64,000 nucleotides of DNA from Camelus dromedarius (GCF_036321535.1 NC_087437.1:39620001-39684000); one strand, 5' to 3'; numbered from the stretch's first letter, positions 22,676 to 37,600 are shown. A program made the numbers and translations. Notes: a model not told the origin generated them from the letters alone.

Positions 22676-24199
22676 GTTCGTGGGAACAGGTCAAAACACT
22701 GTAAGTTTCACAGTTTTTGTGCTTGTGTAATGGGTTAGAATGGACTTACATACACACATAATGAGGAAGATAGTCTGGTTGATATTTTGCGGAATGGCAA
22801 GGTCTAAGTATTTTTCTATCCTCTTTCTCCCATTCCAATGTCACCTGCCCTAATCCTTACCCTGACCTATGGAAGAGAAGAATTTTAAGAAAAATGTTTT
22901 TTTCTCTCAAACTGTGCTACCCTCGAAGATGTCTGTCTCTGTCTGGCTTGCAGCTGAGTTTGCTCTGTCCCCCCGACTGTGTTCTCTGCCAATCAGTAAG
23001 AGGGAGAATTCTGAGATGGGGGTGAAATACCACTGAGACCCAAGAACCCTAAAAACCAGAGTAGGGGCCACACACATACACGCTGGACTAATCTTAGGCC
23101 AGTATTTGTCATCCAGGTCCAGAAATTTATTCTTGACAATGCCCTCTGGTGGACTGTACTGGGGTGGGGAGGCAGGAATTGGGTTTATCTCATTTGCCCC
23201 TATTGCCTGGGGCCTAACATAACACCAGGTGTGTAGTAGGTATTCAGTAAGTGTTTGGTGAAAAAATGTATCAGGTCCTTCCATGATTTTCATTCCTATC
23301 AAGTCTGGATGCTTAGCTTGGATGTTTGATATGTCTAGTGAGAATGATCACAGTGACTTCCTATGCTGACCAACAGTTACCCGCCCCCCACCAGTTTATA
23401 TTCAACACCACTAATCTGCCCACGTGGCAACTGTCACGCACTCGCCTGCTTAAACGTCACTGTGTTCCAGTCGCCCCACAATTCAGTATAAGCTCATTCT
23501 ATTTTTTTGGAAAATGAAATGAGGCAATGTATGTTAATCACTTTGAATCATACATGGCACGTAGTGTACAATCAATTAAAAGTAGCTATTATTATTATCA
23601 GTATTGCTAATATAAATGTAATTCTAATCATTATTGTTCCTCAGCTTATACTTTATTTTGCCTTGATTATCTTGGATAAAATCTTACCAATCCTTCAAAG
23701 CCACCCATTTTTTATGCCCACTGATCCCTACCAACCAGGTTTGACCATTCCATCTTTTATCCCAAGTCATCTGTGCTTCTCTCCTGGCTGATGCCCAGTT
23801 CCACCTCACCTTACAGTTGTATCTGTAATGCCTTTCAGTAATCATGATTAAAATCCCCAGTGGTCCTTCTTAAGAGTCACTGTAAGATTCTTAAGGATGG
23901 AATCAAATTTTATTCATACTCACATCTTGAGTATAGCATCTTTTCATAATAGGCCAAACTATCTTTGAACTGCTCTTGCAAGGATGAATTAATGATGGCT
24001 AAATGTAGGAGGCATTGTTATATTTACTATCCAAGGAAACTGGACTGTTTACCACTGTTCCCCCATGGGGATCAATTGATGCACTGATAATTCTCCTAGG
24101 GAATTTAGAGAGAGAAATTTCCATCACTGCTGTGTCCCAGGAGAAGCATTTTATTGCTTCCCCATCCACCCATATTGATGTTTCCATACCAACTACCTG

Positions 24200-24680
24200 G
24201 GTTGGCCTTTACCCGGGCACCAACCCTGGACAACACCTGGGGTGCCTTCTGTCTCCTCCTTCCCAGTGAGCAGTTGCTGGTTTGGTCAGTCTGCTAAATT
24301 GTCTCTCCAGGGCCTTCACTTTCCCACTGCTCTGGCCTAATGAAGACCCTTGTCGTTTTAGGCCCGAATTCGGTGGCATCACCAAAAATTAGTCTTCCTG
24401 AGTAACAAACTTAAGACAATGTTTTGCTTCACCTAGAGACAAAAGGTAAAAAAAGAAAAACCACACTAACAAAAACTCCAGTTGTTCCTGATTTGCTAGA
24501 AAATAAAGCTTTTAATTCAAAACGCAATCTCCTCTACAACTAGGCGTCAAACTTCTCTTTCCAGGCCCATTTTCAGATTCGTCCCTTTAAGCAAATCTTT
24601 AGCTCTGGTTAACAACTCGGAATGTAAGTAGAAGCTCTTGGTCTTTGAACTGTGTTCACGCAGGCCCTTTGGCTCTACTT
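24200..24680 (+). mobile_element. Degraded L2 LINE fragment
   Basis: Pyrimidine-rich, L2 3'-region-like sequence. Recognised by eye only. Confidence 0.4.
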
Positions 24681-27162
24681 ATTTTCGATATTCACAGCAT
24701 TCAGAAGATGCAACAATAGATCAAGGAAGAGAAGTCAGAGTTCTATTTATCAAGCTCGTTCACAGCCCTCCAGGCTCCCTTCCTTGAAGTGCTTATGGTA
24801 CTCATTATTAAAGTCATTTACTAGTCAGCCATCATATTTAGGGTCATTTGGGATACTTCTGTCATCTGCCCATCTACCCCAAAGCTGTCTGACAGCAAGA
24901 AGTACGCTTCACACCACTGACTTGTTACCAGGTAGTCCCTGAAAATATGCTCTGTGGTCAGAGGAGGTCAAGATAGCTCCCACTTGGAACTTCACAATGA
25001 ACATCAACATGGTAAATGCTCTGAGACTCTCAAAGTGTATGAAGTCCTTCAGTATAGAAACCTATTTCTTGTTTTGGGGGTGCCAACCAAGATAGGAAAA
25101 CTGCTTTCCCCTTCCACCTTAAAGAACACCTAAGAGGGAAATAAAGCTTTATATTACTTTGCATCTATTTCAGCAAAGCTGAAACTAGACAAAGAATTCT
25201 CCTAAATAGTTTTCTATCAATTGACTGTTCACTATTGATCAAAAAAATAGTTATAGATACAGAGAGACAAAATCAAGCCTCAACTTTTCATTGAATTTGA
25301 AAGCATCTGGAAGGTCTATCAGGCTCACAAAGAAAGTAGGTTATCAGTAACTCTAGCCAGTGAATCCTTTGCCTGCGAACTGCTGTAATTTTACTTGAGT
25401 ATATGGTAGGAGAACCTTCCAAAGGAACGTGTATAGTTTCATTTCAGAATCAACCCACCCTTTCCTCTCCTCTTCCATTACAAGCCCTACTACAGCATAG
25501 GTTTTTATCATGAGCATATGGACACACAATGTTTTATATTATTTAGGCTTTTCTTAATAAGATTTGGCATTATCTAGATATGTGTTTCCTCAGGAGAAAG
25601 AAAAGCAGTCATTTAATCTTAAGTCTATAAATGCCTGAATTAAATGTTTAAGAATTGGCTTTTTCTTCAGTTTTTGATATTGGATTCATGTGGCTGATGG
25701 CTGTCTAACTGCTAAACTAAGTGGACATTAAATCAGACGGCATACAAAATTACAGGAATTTGATCCTCACATAAACCACAAACCTTGATGAACTAACGTT
25801 GTTCCAGATGAATTAACTCATCATCCTGAGGAACAGAACATTTCACAGGAGCATCCACACAGTCTTCTTGGTAAAGAGCACTAATGACCGTGATTAATTC
25901 GTGATCTATTGAAAGTGCTGGCTTCTAACTAAAGAGGCATACGCTGAACACAGGGGAGGGATGGCAAGGCAGTTCTGGCCCAGAATTACCATTCCACTTC
26001 CACATTCTGACAGTAGGTGCTAGTTGTCATGTCCCTGTTGCAGAATTATCAAAAAATAGTCAATATGCTAAGTTCTTACCAATGATTCAGTGAAACATTT
26101 ATCTTTTCTCTATGTTGGAAACCCTAAAATTCCATTTTATTATGCCAATAACCATGGCCAGACACTTTAAAAATAAAAAAATAAAAACTCTATACAGCCA
26201 GGAAAATGTGAGGCTTATAATCCATTTAATGGGTGTCACATCTTTTGATACATATCAGATGGTAAAATGTCAGAATATTCCAACAGTTGTTGAAGTACCA
26301 ACAAAATCTCAGTATCATTATGAAAATATGGACATGATTTCAGGTGTGGCTTTAAAAATATCTTTCTGTAAATTTTGTTGAGTCAATTCTTCAGCTTCAA
26401 ATAAAATCCTAATATAGCCTGTCTATAAACTCCAGAATTAAGTACTGGTGAATTTCCAAGATGTAGATTCTCAAAGGTATTTGTGTTTTGGTATGTAGTT
26501 CTTGGCTGGAGAACAAATCTAGGCTTGCTAATGTAGTGCCTACAACTATCAGGAAGAATGCCAGAAGGAACGTGAATACTTAAAGAGAAAAAAAAAACGC
26601 ACCTTGGTTCACACATAATTTCTCTCTGAATATGATCTGGACTATCAATTTACAAATAAACCATGGAACCCAGTCATGAGATGGAGAAAATCAAAATTAT
26701 GAGCCTAGGAAGGTAAGATCGAAATGACTACAGATTTAAAATTTTAAATTCATGCCTTTGTGTCATATTACATTGTATCTTACACAGTTTTATATTCTTC
26801 CTCCCTATTTCCATTCTTACAAGAGCTAAGAAAGTTTGTATGTACTCTAAAAGAGTTGGATGAATCAAATTTAAATGATTCACTAAGTCCTTCAGCTATG
26901 TAACATGTTCGTTTGTGTTAATTTTGTGTTGTCATCACCAAAGAAATTACCATGATAAATGTTTATCATTTCCTGTACATATCTCCTTGTAACCAATGCC
27001 GGAATATTTTGAAAGTCATTAAAAGTCTTTATAAAGTATATTTTGCTAAATTTCACTCTTACAAAGCCCAGTGGCCTTATAACGTAACAGGTATACATTT
27101 AAGTTACTAATGTTCAACTATTGTGAAGAAAAAGAAAGAGTGAGGTGGAGATGGAAATGGAG

Positions 27163-27193
27163 GAGAGAGAGAGGGAGAGAGAGAGAGAGAGAT
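27163..27193. repeat. (GA)n microsatellite
   Basis: Read directly; one interruption. Confidence 0.9.
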
Positions 27194-27989
27194 AATGATC
27201 CTTTATCCAGAAAAGAGCATGAGATGGAGACATAAGCTATCTATTCCCTCAGCAGGAATCGGTATTTAAATGCTTTTTGTACTGAGTATCTTGTTGCACT
27301 GAGTGTGACTTTCAGGTTTACAGAGATGTATTTTTCACACCGTGCAGCACCTAAATGCAAATCCACTAAATACAAATACACCACTTTTCTTACGCTCAAC
27401 TAAAGCCAAGATGGTTCTATATCAACACCGGGTGGTTTAAGGGCTGAGCAAGGGAAGTTTTGACTACACTTGATTTTCAATTACTTGTTCACTGCAGAAT
27501 CTAAGCCCTCAGAAAAGTGCAAATTTGCTGAATTTGGTTTAAGTTTTGAAAGTATTCCATAGCAGTTGCGAGATAAATAATGAAGTCAAATAGAATATCC
27601 TCCAGCCAAAGAACTTGTGGATGGCAAGCCAACCTTTCTCTTCTAATTCTTCCCTGTTCCCAATAATTTTGTTCAATGTGGTCCAGGTGATCCCAGTGGC
27701 TGATGACTCTCATGACTCAGCTGTCAAATCATTCACACCTCGGATTTGGTGGCAATGCCACAGTCTGTTTTGACAAACACCCCGCCTCTTGTGGACTTTA
27801 GCAGGGAAGGCGATGGGCTGAATAGCTGCCATAATGAAGTCAGATCTTTTTCCAAGGGCTCAGGAGACCACAGGTTTCCTCTGTGCAAATCATAAAATCC
27901 CCTGGGCCCAAGAGCAGTCTCATCTCCGATTGCCTGCTATGTCATAGCCCTCTGATGTTGGGGCCCTGGGTAGAGTCTGCTTCTAGTTA

Positions 27990-28210
27990 AATGATGAGAG
28001 AGTTGCTTAAGCTTCTTGAATTTCTCTTTCAATATTTTTTAAATTGTGGTAATGGCAACTATATCATAGGAGGTTATTAGGATTAAACAATGGAGATTTT
28101 ATATATATATATATGTATAGAACTTAGTGTATATATGTATGTGTATGTGTATATATGTATATATGTATAGAACTTAGTATAATGCCTCGTATGTAGTAGA
28201 CACTCACAAG
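27990..28210 (+). mobile_element. MIR 3' portion carrying an internal TA-rich duplication
   Basis: ataggaggttattaggattaaa...tatagaacttagtataatgcctcgtatgtagtagacactca is MIR-tail-like. Confidence 0.6.
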
Positions 28211-28220
28211 GAGGGAAAAC

Positions 28221-28457
28221 AGTATAGTGATTAAAAGCACAGACACTACAGTAGGACAGCCTGGACTTAAATCGCAGCTTCTTCACTATGTGCTAGGTGA
28301 CATGTCACGTTACTTATCATCTCAGATTCCTTATCTGTAAATGAGGATAATGATAGTATCTCACAGGGCTATTGAGATGATTAAATACAACAATCCATGC
28401 ACAGCACTTAGCTCAGTGCCCAGCCCATAAGTACCTAATAAACATTAGTTATTATTA
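28221..28457 (+). mobile_element. Near full-length MIR SINE
   Basis: gtatagtgattaaaagcacagac...ctcagattccttatctgtaaatgaggataatgatagtatctcacagggctattgagatgattaaat...agcacttagctcagtgccc...taataaacattagttattatt. Confidence 0.9.
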
Positions 28458-29069
28458 AAGAGTTCTAATTCTATAAAACAGTTATTACCTCCTATATAAA
28501 TACCCTCTCTGGTTTGTTTTCTTCATTGATGTCTTTACATCAGAAGAGAAACAAATATTTGTTTTGCTCCTGATGTACCTGCCATCACTCAGGCAGCATT
28601 TTGTTTTTGAGAAACAGAAATGGAAACATAGAGAACCAGAGAAAAATAACCAAAATAAATGATGGGAATGCAAATTCATTATGGCATCTAACAACTAATG
28701 TAGGAATCCCAGTTTTGGGGGTGGGGGGTGGAGATGGGGAGAAATATTTCATAACAAAGGAATTGTTGGAGATAGGCAAAAGAAGGCACATGAAGCGAAG
28801 TAGGAATCTTCATGATTCTCTTGGAAGTGATACAGTTTTTTAAAAAAAATTGAACAGAAATTAAGTGTGGAGTACATTTTAGTCAATAGGCTATGAAGAG
28901 ATATAATTCTTCAAAATGTGAAGACAATGGGAGGTGAAACATTCAAGAAAAAGGAAAAAGGACATGTGCAGAGTAAGATGTTGGTGTGAATCTAGAGGAT
29001 CTCAGTAGAGGTTGTTCAGTTTTGGGTGTGTAAATTTGTTCTGTTGGCTGGGGCCGGAAATGCGAATGG

Positions 29070-29281
29070 GTGTGACTGGAATCGAATCTTCCAGCACCAG
29101 GCAGAACTTCAGGTGACTGTAGCTGCTGTCTTAACTGCAACCTGATGAGACCTTGGGCCAGAACCATTCAGCCAGCTAAGCAGCTTCTGAATTCTAAGCC
29201 ATAGAATCTGAGGACAATAAATGTTTATTATTGTTTTCAGTTTGGAGGTAATTTTTTAATGTAGCAATAGATAACAGAAAC
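29070..29281 (+). mobile_element. MaLR LTR 3' portion (MLT1F-like)
   Basis: actgcaacctgatgagacc...ccagctaagc...aataaatgttt...ggaggtaatt...gcaatagataac matches the MLT1 LTR 3' end. Confidence 0.8.
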
Positions 29282-31019
29282 GCCAGGCAAAGATCTTTGG
29301 TGGATATGGACAATTCAGTTACCTGGCTTCCTTTGATTATCAGAGAATCCAGGGCCATGAAGGAGCACCACCCCTGAACCCCAGTCTGCACTTGGCCTCA
29401 TCTTGTCATTTCCTTGCTGCAGCCAGAAAGAGGTGGTTTCATATCCCCATGGAACAAATACTTGCCTCTGGTTCCTCTCATGAACTGTTGCTCAAGAAAC
29501 TCATTAGGATATCCCAAGAGCCATAAAGTTGAGAAGCATTCATGAGTAAGACTTGATAAGGCCAAATTATGGAAAACTTTCCAAAAAGCCTGTTGGAATT
29601 TAGGCTATCTGGGATTGAAAATAGAAAAAAAAACACTGATCATAAGATATGGAGTGGTGACATTATGACAAGATTTCAAAAAGACTTGTTTCTCATTTCC
29701 AGAGCCATCACTTAGTAGATCATGAGTTTTCAATTGGTTTGAGAGTATGTACCAGATTAGGGTTAAGTTGCTTTGCAAAGTCTGCTGATTTTTTGTTATT
29801 GTGTATAAAATGACTAAGATATTGATCTTTGAACATAAAAGTGCTCTGATAAACTGTTTATCTAGAGTTTCCCCAACGTTAGCCCAAACCTAGAAGAAAG
29901 GCAATACAATATCAGTGCTAAATGTGGTAATAATATTAGCAACCAATGTTTCTCTCCCTTCCCATCACTTCCATAGACTAGGATCTTGCCCCTTTTTCTG
30001 TGGTTGCAGGAGCTCTCCTGGGAGCAGCAACCACTTCTGATAAAGTGGCTGTTGGCTTATTTCTACAGGCTCCCAGAGAGATTGCCAGGTTTTCATAACT
30101 AATAGCCAAACCACATCAGATGTGATGGAGAGCAGAGTAGGGATAACACATTACCCTTTGCAAGGGGCTTTCATTTAAACTAGTTAATTAATGAATGATG
30201 CAAATCCATGAGAGGGTATGATAGGCATGACAAGTAAAATTATCACAATAAAAATGAGAAAAGAGTGGCAGATGTTAGAGAACTTGCCCAAGGTCCTAGT
30301 GCTGGTAGGTGCTGGTAGACACCCTGGTAGACCAGTGCCTGGAAGACAGAACTTCTTAGCTAACTCTTTTTTCTCCTATACCAGTGCTTCTCCATCTATC
30401 CAGGCAAAGAAACTAGATTTAAATTAAATTTTAATTTTTTCCCTTAGAGAACCTGGTAATTTCATTTATCACTCCACTTCACTTTGAAGTTTTCATTTTT
30501 GAACATTTTTTTGAAGTCAAATTATAAAAGCAATGCATGCTTGTTTTATGAACTATACAACACAACGTAAACATGTTTCATCATTCTGAGGTAATTGATA
30601 TTCAGTCTCGTGTTTTTTTCTTGTCGTATTCTTTGCTCACACAAAATAAAGAAATATATATACTTTTTTCACCAAAATAGTTACATTTATATATTATTCT
30701 ATAACTTCCCTTTTTTGCATGTGACAATATATCACAAACATGCTACAAGTTAGGAAGTCTACATCTAATTTGAAATTCTTTTTCTAATCTCCTTATTTGT
30801 ACATACAGCCATGTTTACATACATGTACACATAATTTTACATGGACTCTTGGGTTTCAGAGTAACTCTGGGATATTAGCCCAGTCTCACATCACTCTCTT
30901 CATTTCCTTGACTCTTGATTCACAGGTTGCAAATGACCAACTAAATATGCCGCCAGAGGGAATAAAATATTAGTGTGAACCATTGTCCCTGCTGTAAAAT
31001 CCCAGGCAATTTATTTAGA

Positions 31020-31210
31020 GAGACAAGACTAAGCTACTTGAAAGAATAGCAAATAGTACAAGACTGTAAGTCATTAAGTACTAAATTATGTGGCTTGAAT
31101 GATAAGTGCTACAGAGATTCCGGCAGGAAAGAGATGCGTAAAGGCTTGTGTGGTGGGGAAAGCTTTATGGAAGAGGTGGGGCTTTTGCTCACTCAAAGCC
31201 TGGTTAGGAG
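31020..31210 (-). mobile_element. L2 fragment
   Basis: gataagtgctacagagattc...gggaaagctttatggaagaggtggggcttt is typical antisense L2. Confidence 0.55.
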
Positions 31211-32099
31211 TGGAAAGGAGTATTCCTTGGGAGCTTTCCATGTGCTAGAGTTAGGCTAAGTGTATTTCCAATGTTTTTTCAATTTCTTTGATAAAACTCA
31301 GCATCCTATTGTTCCTTATATTCCCTATAACATCCCCCAAAGTTTTTAAAATATAGACTGTAGTAGCTTAGGTATATATGTATATTCATGTGTGTGTTCT
31401 AAACAAAGAGATCAATTTTCCTGATATATTCTAATATAGCAGATGGATTTGTACTCTATGCTGGGTGAATCTGCCAGCACAAATGAAAGACAATGAAAAA
31501 TAATTGTTCTGGTAAAATATAAAAGCAGTAAGTTAGCTCATGAAATTTCTGGCATAATTCTTTTCTTAAATTAAGAATAACTGAATACATACTGAAGGTA
31601 CATACCCAGACAATGCTTTGTAGATAAACTAGAAAACATTTTGTTTCAGATAATGGGTCTTCCTATTTTGTTTAACAACCAAAGACATAGTCAACTCACT
31701 TTCAATAACAGTAACAATAAAAACAACAACAAAACTGCAGAACACCTTTAAATCATAGCATAATGCCTAAATACATACACCCATTGCAGTTTTCTGTGTT
31801 GCAATAACTTTTTAAATAAATTATTTGGTTTTGATTGGAAATGTAGACAAAAGATATCCATTAGCTTTTTTTTTTTAATCAAGTGTATTTTAAATGGATT
31901 ATTTCTAACATTAGTCAGTCTTGTTAATTTCACCCTTTTATTCATTCATTCTGAAGAAAAACCAGACATGGTCCTTGCCAAATTCTCACGTTAAAGAACC
32001 ACAATGGCAGCAATGTGGCAAATATATTGGGGTGGAGCAAGTGGACACCAGTGACCACTTAGCAAGCTATCGAAGTAACAGAAGCAAGAGATGATGATA

Positions 32100-32300
32100 G
32101 GATGGTAAAATATAAGCACCTACTCTATGTCAGGGACTTACTATGCATCACTTCCTCTAATAACTCATTAACAGCTTGTAAATGTTTGTTATCCTTGTTT
32201 TACAGATGACAAAACTGTACTCAGTAAATAACTTGCCCAAAGTCACACAACTGGTAAGTATTAAAGATGGGATTCAAATCCTGATTAATCTGACTGTATA
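32100..32300 (-). mobile_element. MIR SINE
   Basis: ttttacagatgacaaaactg...taacttgcccaaagtcacacaactggtaagt...gggattcaaatcc. Confidence 0.88.
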
Positions 32301-34382
32301 TTCTGCTATGATTGTTTCCTGAGGCTGCACTACTTCAGCCATAAAGACCTGAAAGATTGGCCTGGTAAATTGCCAAAGATGCCATCCGTCTGACACTGGG
32401 AGTTGACAATGAGGGTCGCTCTGAGCCAACCACTGACTGACAGGGACCGTAAGGAAGACTAATGTCAGTTTCACTATAAAGATCAGATAAGTAAAGGAAG
32501 TAAGCAGTAGGGGTATTGTCAAGACCAATGTAAACTCCTAGAACGCAGATGCATCTATACTGCATATTTGTAATTAACAGTCATTTTGTGGATGTGAAAA
32601 CAGAGGCCAGGGACACAACATGATTTTCCGAAGCTTCAGTCATAATCAGAGTAAGAACAAATGTGTATGGATATTCAGTTTGTGGCATCAACCCATTTTT
32701 TTCAATTACCCTCTCATTGATTAATGTATTTTCATCGTAGTCACTTGGGAAAACACATGTGAAAAAGGAATTCAGTACTTGAAGCAGAGAAGAGGGGCAC
32801 TTCTTAGAAGCAAAATTCTAATCTACTTAAGGTTCTTAAGAGTGACCCTAGAACATGTATCTTTTATTCTCATTTTACATTCTTCCCTTAGATTTGTGTA
32901 AAAACATAAAGGTTAAAAATAAAAGAATACAAAGCAATTTCTTATGTTTTTGTCCACAACTATAAATCTGTCATAATAGGGATGATAGTAAAAACAATGA
33001 GATTTAATTTTTAACATTATGTCATTAAACCATAATTACGTCTCATAGCCCAAAGAAGGTCACCTGGGGTTCTTAGTGGTGGTTTCCTCCAAAATTGAGC
33101 ATGTCTGTCCTTACTCTCTGCTTCCTTATCTGATTATTTACACTCTTTGAAACTTCCTTGTGTTTTATCATCAAAAACCATTTGTGGTCTGCATCTCGGG
33201 TGCAAGGCACTGACCCCATGTCATATTTATTCCTTGTCTAAGCCACGTTCTTAGTAAAGTTTCCTGACACAAGTTTTGTCAACATAATAGCCAACATAAT
33301 TTTTTACAGGAAATAAATTGGTTTATCGAAGTAAGTCTTAAAGTGGGAATTGGTTCCTTTTTTTCAAGGTATCTTTTAAAACTGCCTAATGAGTATTCTT
33401 GAAGATTTTGTTGAAGCTACATCTGGATGCAGGTCATAGGACAGCTTCTAAGACTTCATCTCTTAAAACTGTTAGTTAATAGAAATAAATTGTTTATTGC
33501 ACCATCAGACAACATATTTCCACTGTGACTCTGCTCAGCAAGTATTCATTCTAGTATTCATTCTAAAATTAGCAAGAAAATATATTAAGAACATGAAGTT
33601 GTGAAACTGATTAATTTCAGCAACCAAAGGAGACATAGTGAAATCAAAATGTTGCAATGGCACCGGATGGTCAAGCCATCTCTACAGCATGAGAGAAGTT
33701 TGTAATTAGTCTATGTTTTTCATCACTGGGGAAAAAAATACATGGTTTTAGATATCAGGTTTAAAGCACCTAAAGAACCCGGAGTTGTCATGCCAAATAC
33801 AAGAGATCTAAAGATCTGCCATTACACATCCATTACATTTAGTGAGCTGTCCTGGCTTTTTTGAAGTGCTGTATACACGATCTTGCAAGGCGAAACACTT
33901 TATGTACCATACGAAATTTGAGGCATAATGTTTAATGTTCACAAGATAAGTTAACAAAACTGTATGCTGGTGACTTTTTTATTTCCCAGTTTTATGTCCT
34001 TCAAGTACTTTAAGGAAAGATAAACAAGAAGGTAGGAGAATAAAATGTGCCTTTTCCTTCTACCTTTTTCACTCTCTTTCCTCAATTAAATTATAACTGC
34101 TGATTTGCACCCGAGGAAGAAATCATGTTAAAATATGCTGGGCTTTTTTTTTCTCAATGTTTAGATAACAGCTTTCAAAACATGGCTAAGTAAAATGTGT
34201 TTTGAGATGGAAAACATTTGGTCTTTTTTGCAGCTTTCAACAGCTTAAGTGAAGGGATTTTTAATGTTCCCAAACAGCTGGGCCATACTATGTGTATCGT
34301 GAATTCCACTCTCATTGAAGGATCCCATCTCCCCCCTGCATGGAGAGGTTCCCTTTTTCCTTTTTTAAAAAATAATATCCTC

Positions 34383-34629
34383 TTTTTTTAAACTGAAGTA
34401 TAGTCAGTTTACAATGTTGTGTCAATTTCTGGTGTACAGCATAATAGTTCAGTCATATATATACATATATGTTTGTTTTCATATTCTTTTTCATCATGGG
34501 TTACTACAAGATATTGAATATAGTTCCTTGCGCTATACAGTATAAACTTGTTGTTTATCTATTGTATATACAGCAGTTAGCATCTGCAAATCTCGAACTC
34601 CCAGTTTATCTCTTCCCCTCCCCACCCCC
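34383..34629 (-). mobile_element. LINE-1 3'UTR fragment (artiodactyl-type)
   Basis: tttaaactgaagtatagtcagtttacaatgttgtgtcaatttctggtgtacagc...tacaagatattgaatatagttccttgcgctatacagta. Confidence 0.9.
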
Positions 34630-37600
34630 TGCAATGGTCTTTGTCGCTAGTTCATCTTAATAGCTTTCCATCATTATCACAGCTTTCTCACAGATAATGC
34701 TTGCAGCAGTGACTGCTGAAAGAACTTATCCTTGAAGAAAACTTAAAATTTTTCTTTAAAAAATGCTAGTGATTTTTTTATTTACTGTGTGGCAGCCATA
34801 GAAAACAACAGGCTAATGTACACTGGAATAATACTGACAACAGTGTGACGGGAGGGCAGACTGCATTCTGATTTTCAGGATCTCTTGGGGCTTTCTCAAA
34901 GATGCTATTGAATGTTACTGTACACATTATCTGCACTGCCTAAATTTTTACCACCCTCTCAACATCACTCCAAATGTGTGCTCAAAAGGAGTTTTTTCAG
35001 AACTAAATATTTCACAATGATCTTCAAACCCCTTCCCAGGTAAAGGGGTGTCCATAAATGCATCCATGCATTAGTACCTATTTATCTGACTATAATCAGT
35101 ACGGTAATGGAGAGGGTGTGCATGGCAGTCACACATGTCAATTCAATGTGAAAACAAAGGTAATCAATGTAAAAAAAAAGCCAAAACATTGTAGAATAGT
35201 TATGTGATGCAAATGTACTGGTTAAAGTGCATCTGACATTTAACAACAGGTTTACTATTTTACAACCAAAAGAGTGAAAACAAGAGTTCAAAAGTTTGCA
35301 TACACTAAGCATACAAACTATGTAAATAAACTACGTTCATCAATGGACATAAATTATGTAAACTGAAATAGCAGAAATAGCAAGGTCTATTTTTATAATC
35401 TGTTATTTATTTTTGTTTCCTAGAAAATTTCACTTTTTTCTTTGTTGGTCTCAAATTTAGGGGTTGAATTGAAATGGAAATGTATCTTTTATTCTCTGTG
35501 CCTTCCCTTCCTCACCTACGTCCTCCGGTCCTATTGCAAGCTATCAGACCTTCTAGCCTTTTCTAAGGGCCATTGCAAAGTGCTAAGGATGGGCATAGAG
35601 TGGAGGAAGATAGCATGAATCCAGTATATGACATATCTCCCACGTGGTAGGAGAAAGGATGCTGTGGTGTTTATTACCTATTGTGAAGTTCTAAATAATA
35701 AACAACTCCTAATATGTAGCTGATTAAGAGTCATTTAATGGTAACAGTGGTCTATGATTGCTTTTAACTATGGTTAATCTGTAACACACCAACCTCTACT
35801 CCCCAAAAAAGTTAACTTGTTCTTGGATAATTGAAAGTTTACTTTATACACATGTGATCTATACATCTATGAGTAAATATGCAACCCTATGTAGGAAAAT
35901 TGATTCTGTAAATATCACATACACACACACACGCACACCCCATAGCTTCAAAATTGTTTTTAATAAAACATACCAGAATGCACACATTTAAATGGCTTTT
36001 GAGTGCTTGTCTTTCCAGGTTCCGCACTTCAATCAACAGTGTTATTATCCACCCAGCTACTGACTCTGATCCTCTTAAGAGAATATATTTTAAAAATATT
36101 CTCCATGAAATGAAATAGGTGAAATAAATGAAATAAATAAAATCATTGAGAAATGAAAGAGAATAGCAGCTCCTCATGTGAGAACACTGGTAAGGAAAAA
36201 AGATACTTTAAAACACTTGCACTCCGATTGTTAAATAATTTGATCACCTTCAGAGGAATTTTTAAAATCAGTTTTAGACATTTCATAATGAGTTTTTGTT
36301 GAAAATGCCTTAAATTCCAGAGCTAATGCTGGTCATTTCCCATCTTACAGTACTATCCGTTTTTTTCTTTCATGCTGCTTCAAATTAAGCTACTTTGGTC
36401 TTTATAAAATTATGGTATTGTTTTATTTTGGTTGGCCTGAGAGATATTAGGTTAGAGAATTGTAGCTGTGAAATTGGTAAACGTTGCCAGTTTCTAGATG
36501 AAAATCCCACTAGGTCAGATGTGTTAACATCAGTTGCTTGTAATTGGTTATGGGCAAACCAAAACGGTTCTAAATTCATTTCCTATATTGACTTAAAGAG
36601 TCTATGCTAACCCTACATCTAATCCTTTTTTTTCTTTTTTCTTTTTTCCGTATCAAAACTGTCCTGGAGACCTCATTAGTCCACTTTGTTAGATTCCTGG
36701 TACTTGAACCTTATAGTCAGGCTGTGCTAAAGATAACAAACTAGTACATTGGTTTTCATTGAGGAGGCTCTTCTAACTAAAACCAGACAATTGGCAAGTC
36801 ATATAGAAGGTCTGGAATACCAGGAAAAAATTCAAATTTCCATACAAAGAGTTAACTTCTTTAACACATATAAAAATCCAGAGGATATAGTAAAAGCATA
36901 ATATATATGATTTAGAATAGCTGACAGATAACATACAACCACTTTAAATTTAGACATATTATTAATAGAAAAATTCTATGTGGGAAAGAACAAAGGAAAA
37001 TAAGCTTGCTCAGATTTTGGTTTCTGCACTTTCCAAAGTTATAGGTAATATTTCCCCTTTATCTAGCACAAGTTCACTCCATAAGCATAGACTAAATTAA
37101 ATTTAACAATGTGCTTTAGCTGAGAAAAGAGCTATCGAAGAGAATTTGTTTTCTGTTTTATTACTTAATGGAGGGAAAATTACACATGATCTTTAGCAGA
37201 AATATAATACTTACTACCTTGTCCTGGGTCACAGGTGAAATATTGCCTTCATTCAGACATTAAGTAGAAGAAAGGCTTGAAATTATGATAAGAAAACCAA
37301 TGTCTGGAGTTATCAACAAGTTAAATTAATCTCACTAATTTGGGCTGAAATAATCAATGTTACCAAGATGATTTACCAATAGAAATGATGGTAATTATAC
37401 TTCCAAGTGCGTTCTGCTATGTCCTTTGCAAACATTCCAGAACCCAAGTGGCATACTTTCTCTCACGTTACTAAATGTTTGCTCTGACCTCAGAGTGTTA
37501 ATACAAATAAAAATACTGACATTTTTCACACTTATTCAATACCCACTGAAAAGAAACTTGAAGTATCACTCAAACCTCAGTACATCTTGTACTTTAAAAA

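Noticed and set aside
30950..30963. CTCF-like CCGCCAGAGGGAAT
   Set aside because: Lacks the conserved GGC ending of the core; too weak to call.
33541..33564. 12-bp tandem duplication agtattcattct x2
   Set aside because: Ordinary micro-duplication with no sign of function.
33941..33950. ACAAGATAAG, a partial EVI1 zinc-finger site (similar at about 13989)
   Set aside because: Short AT-rich partial matches are expected by chance in 64 kb.
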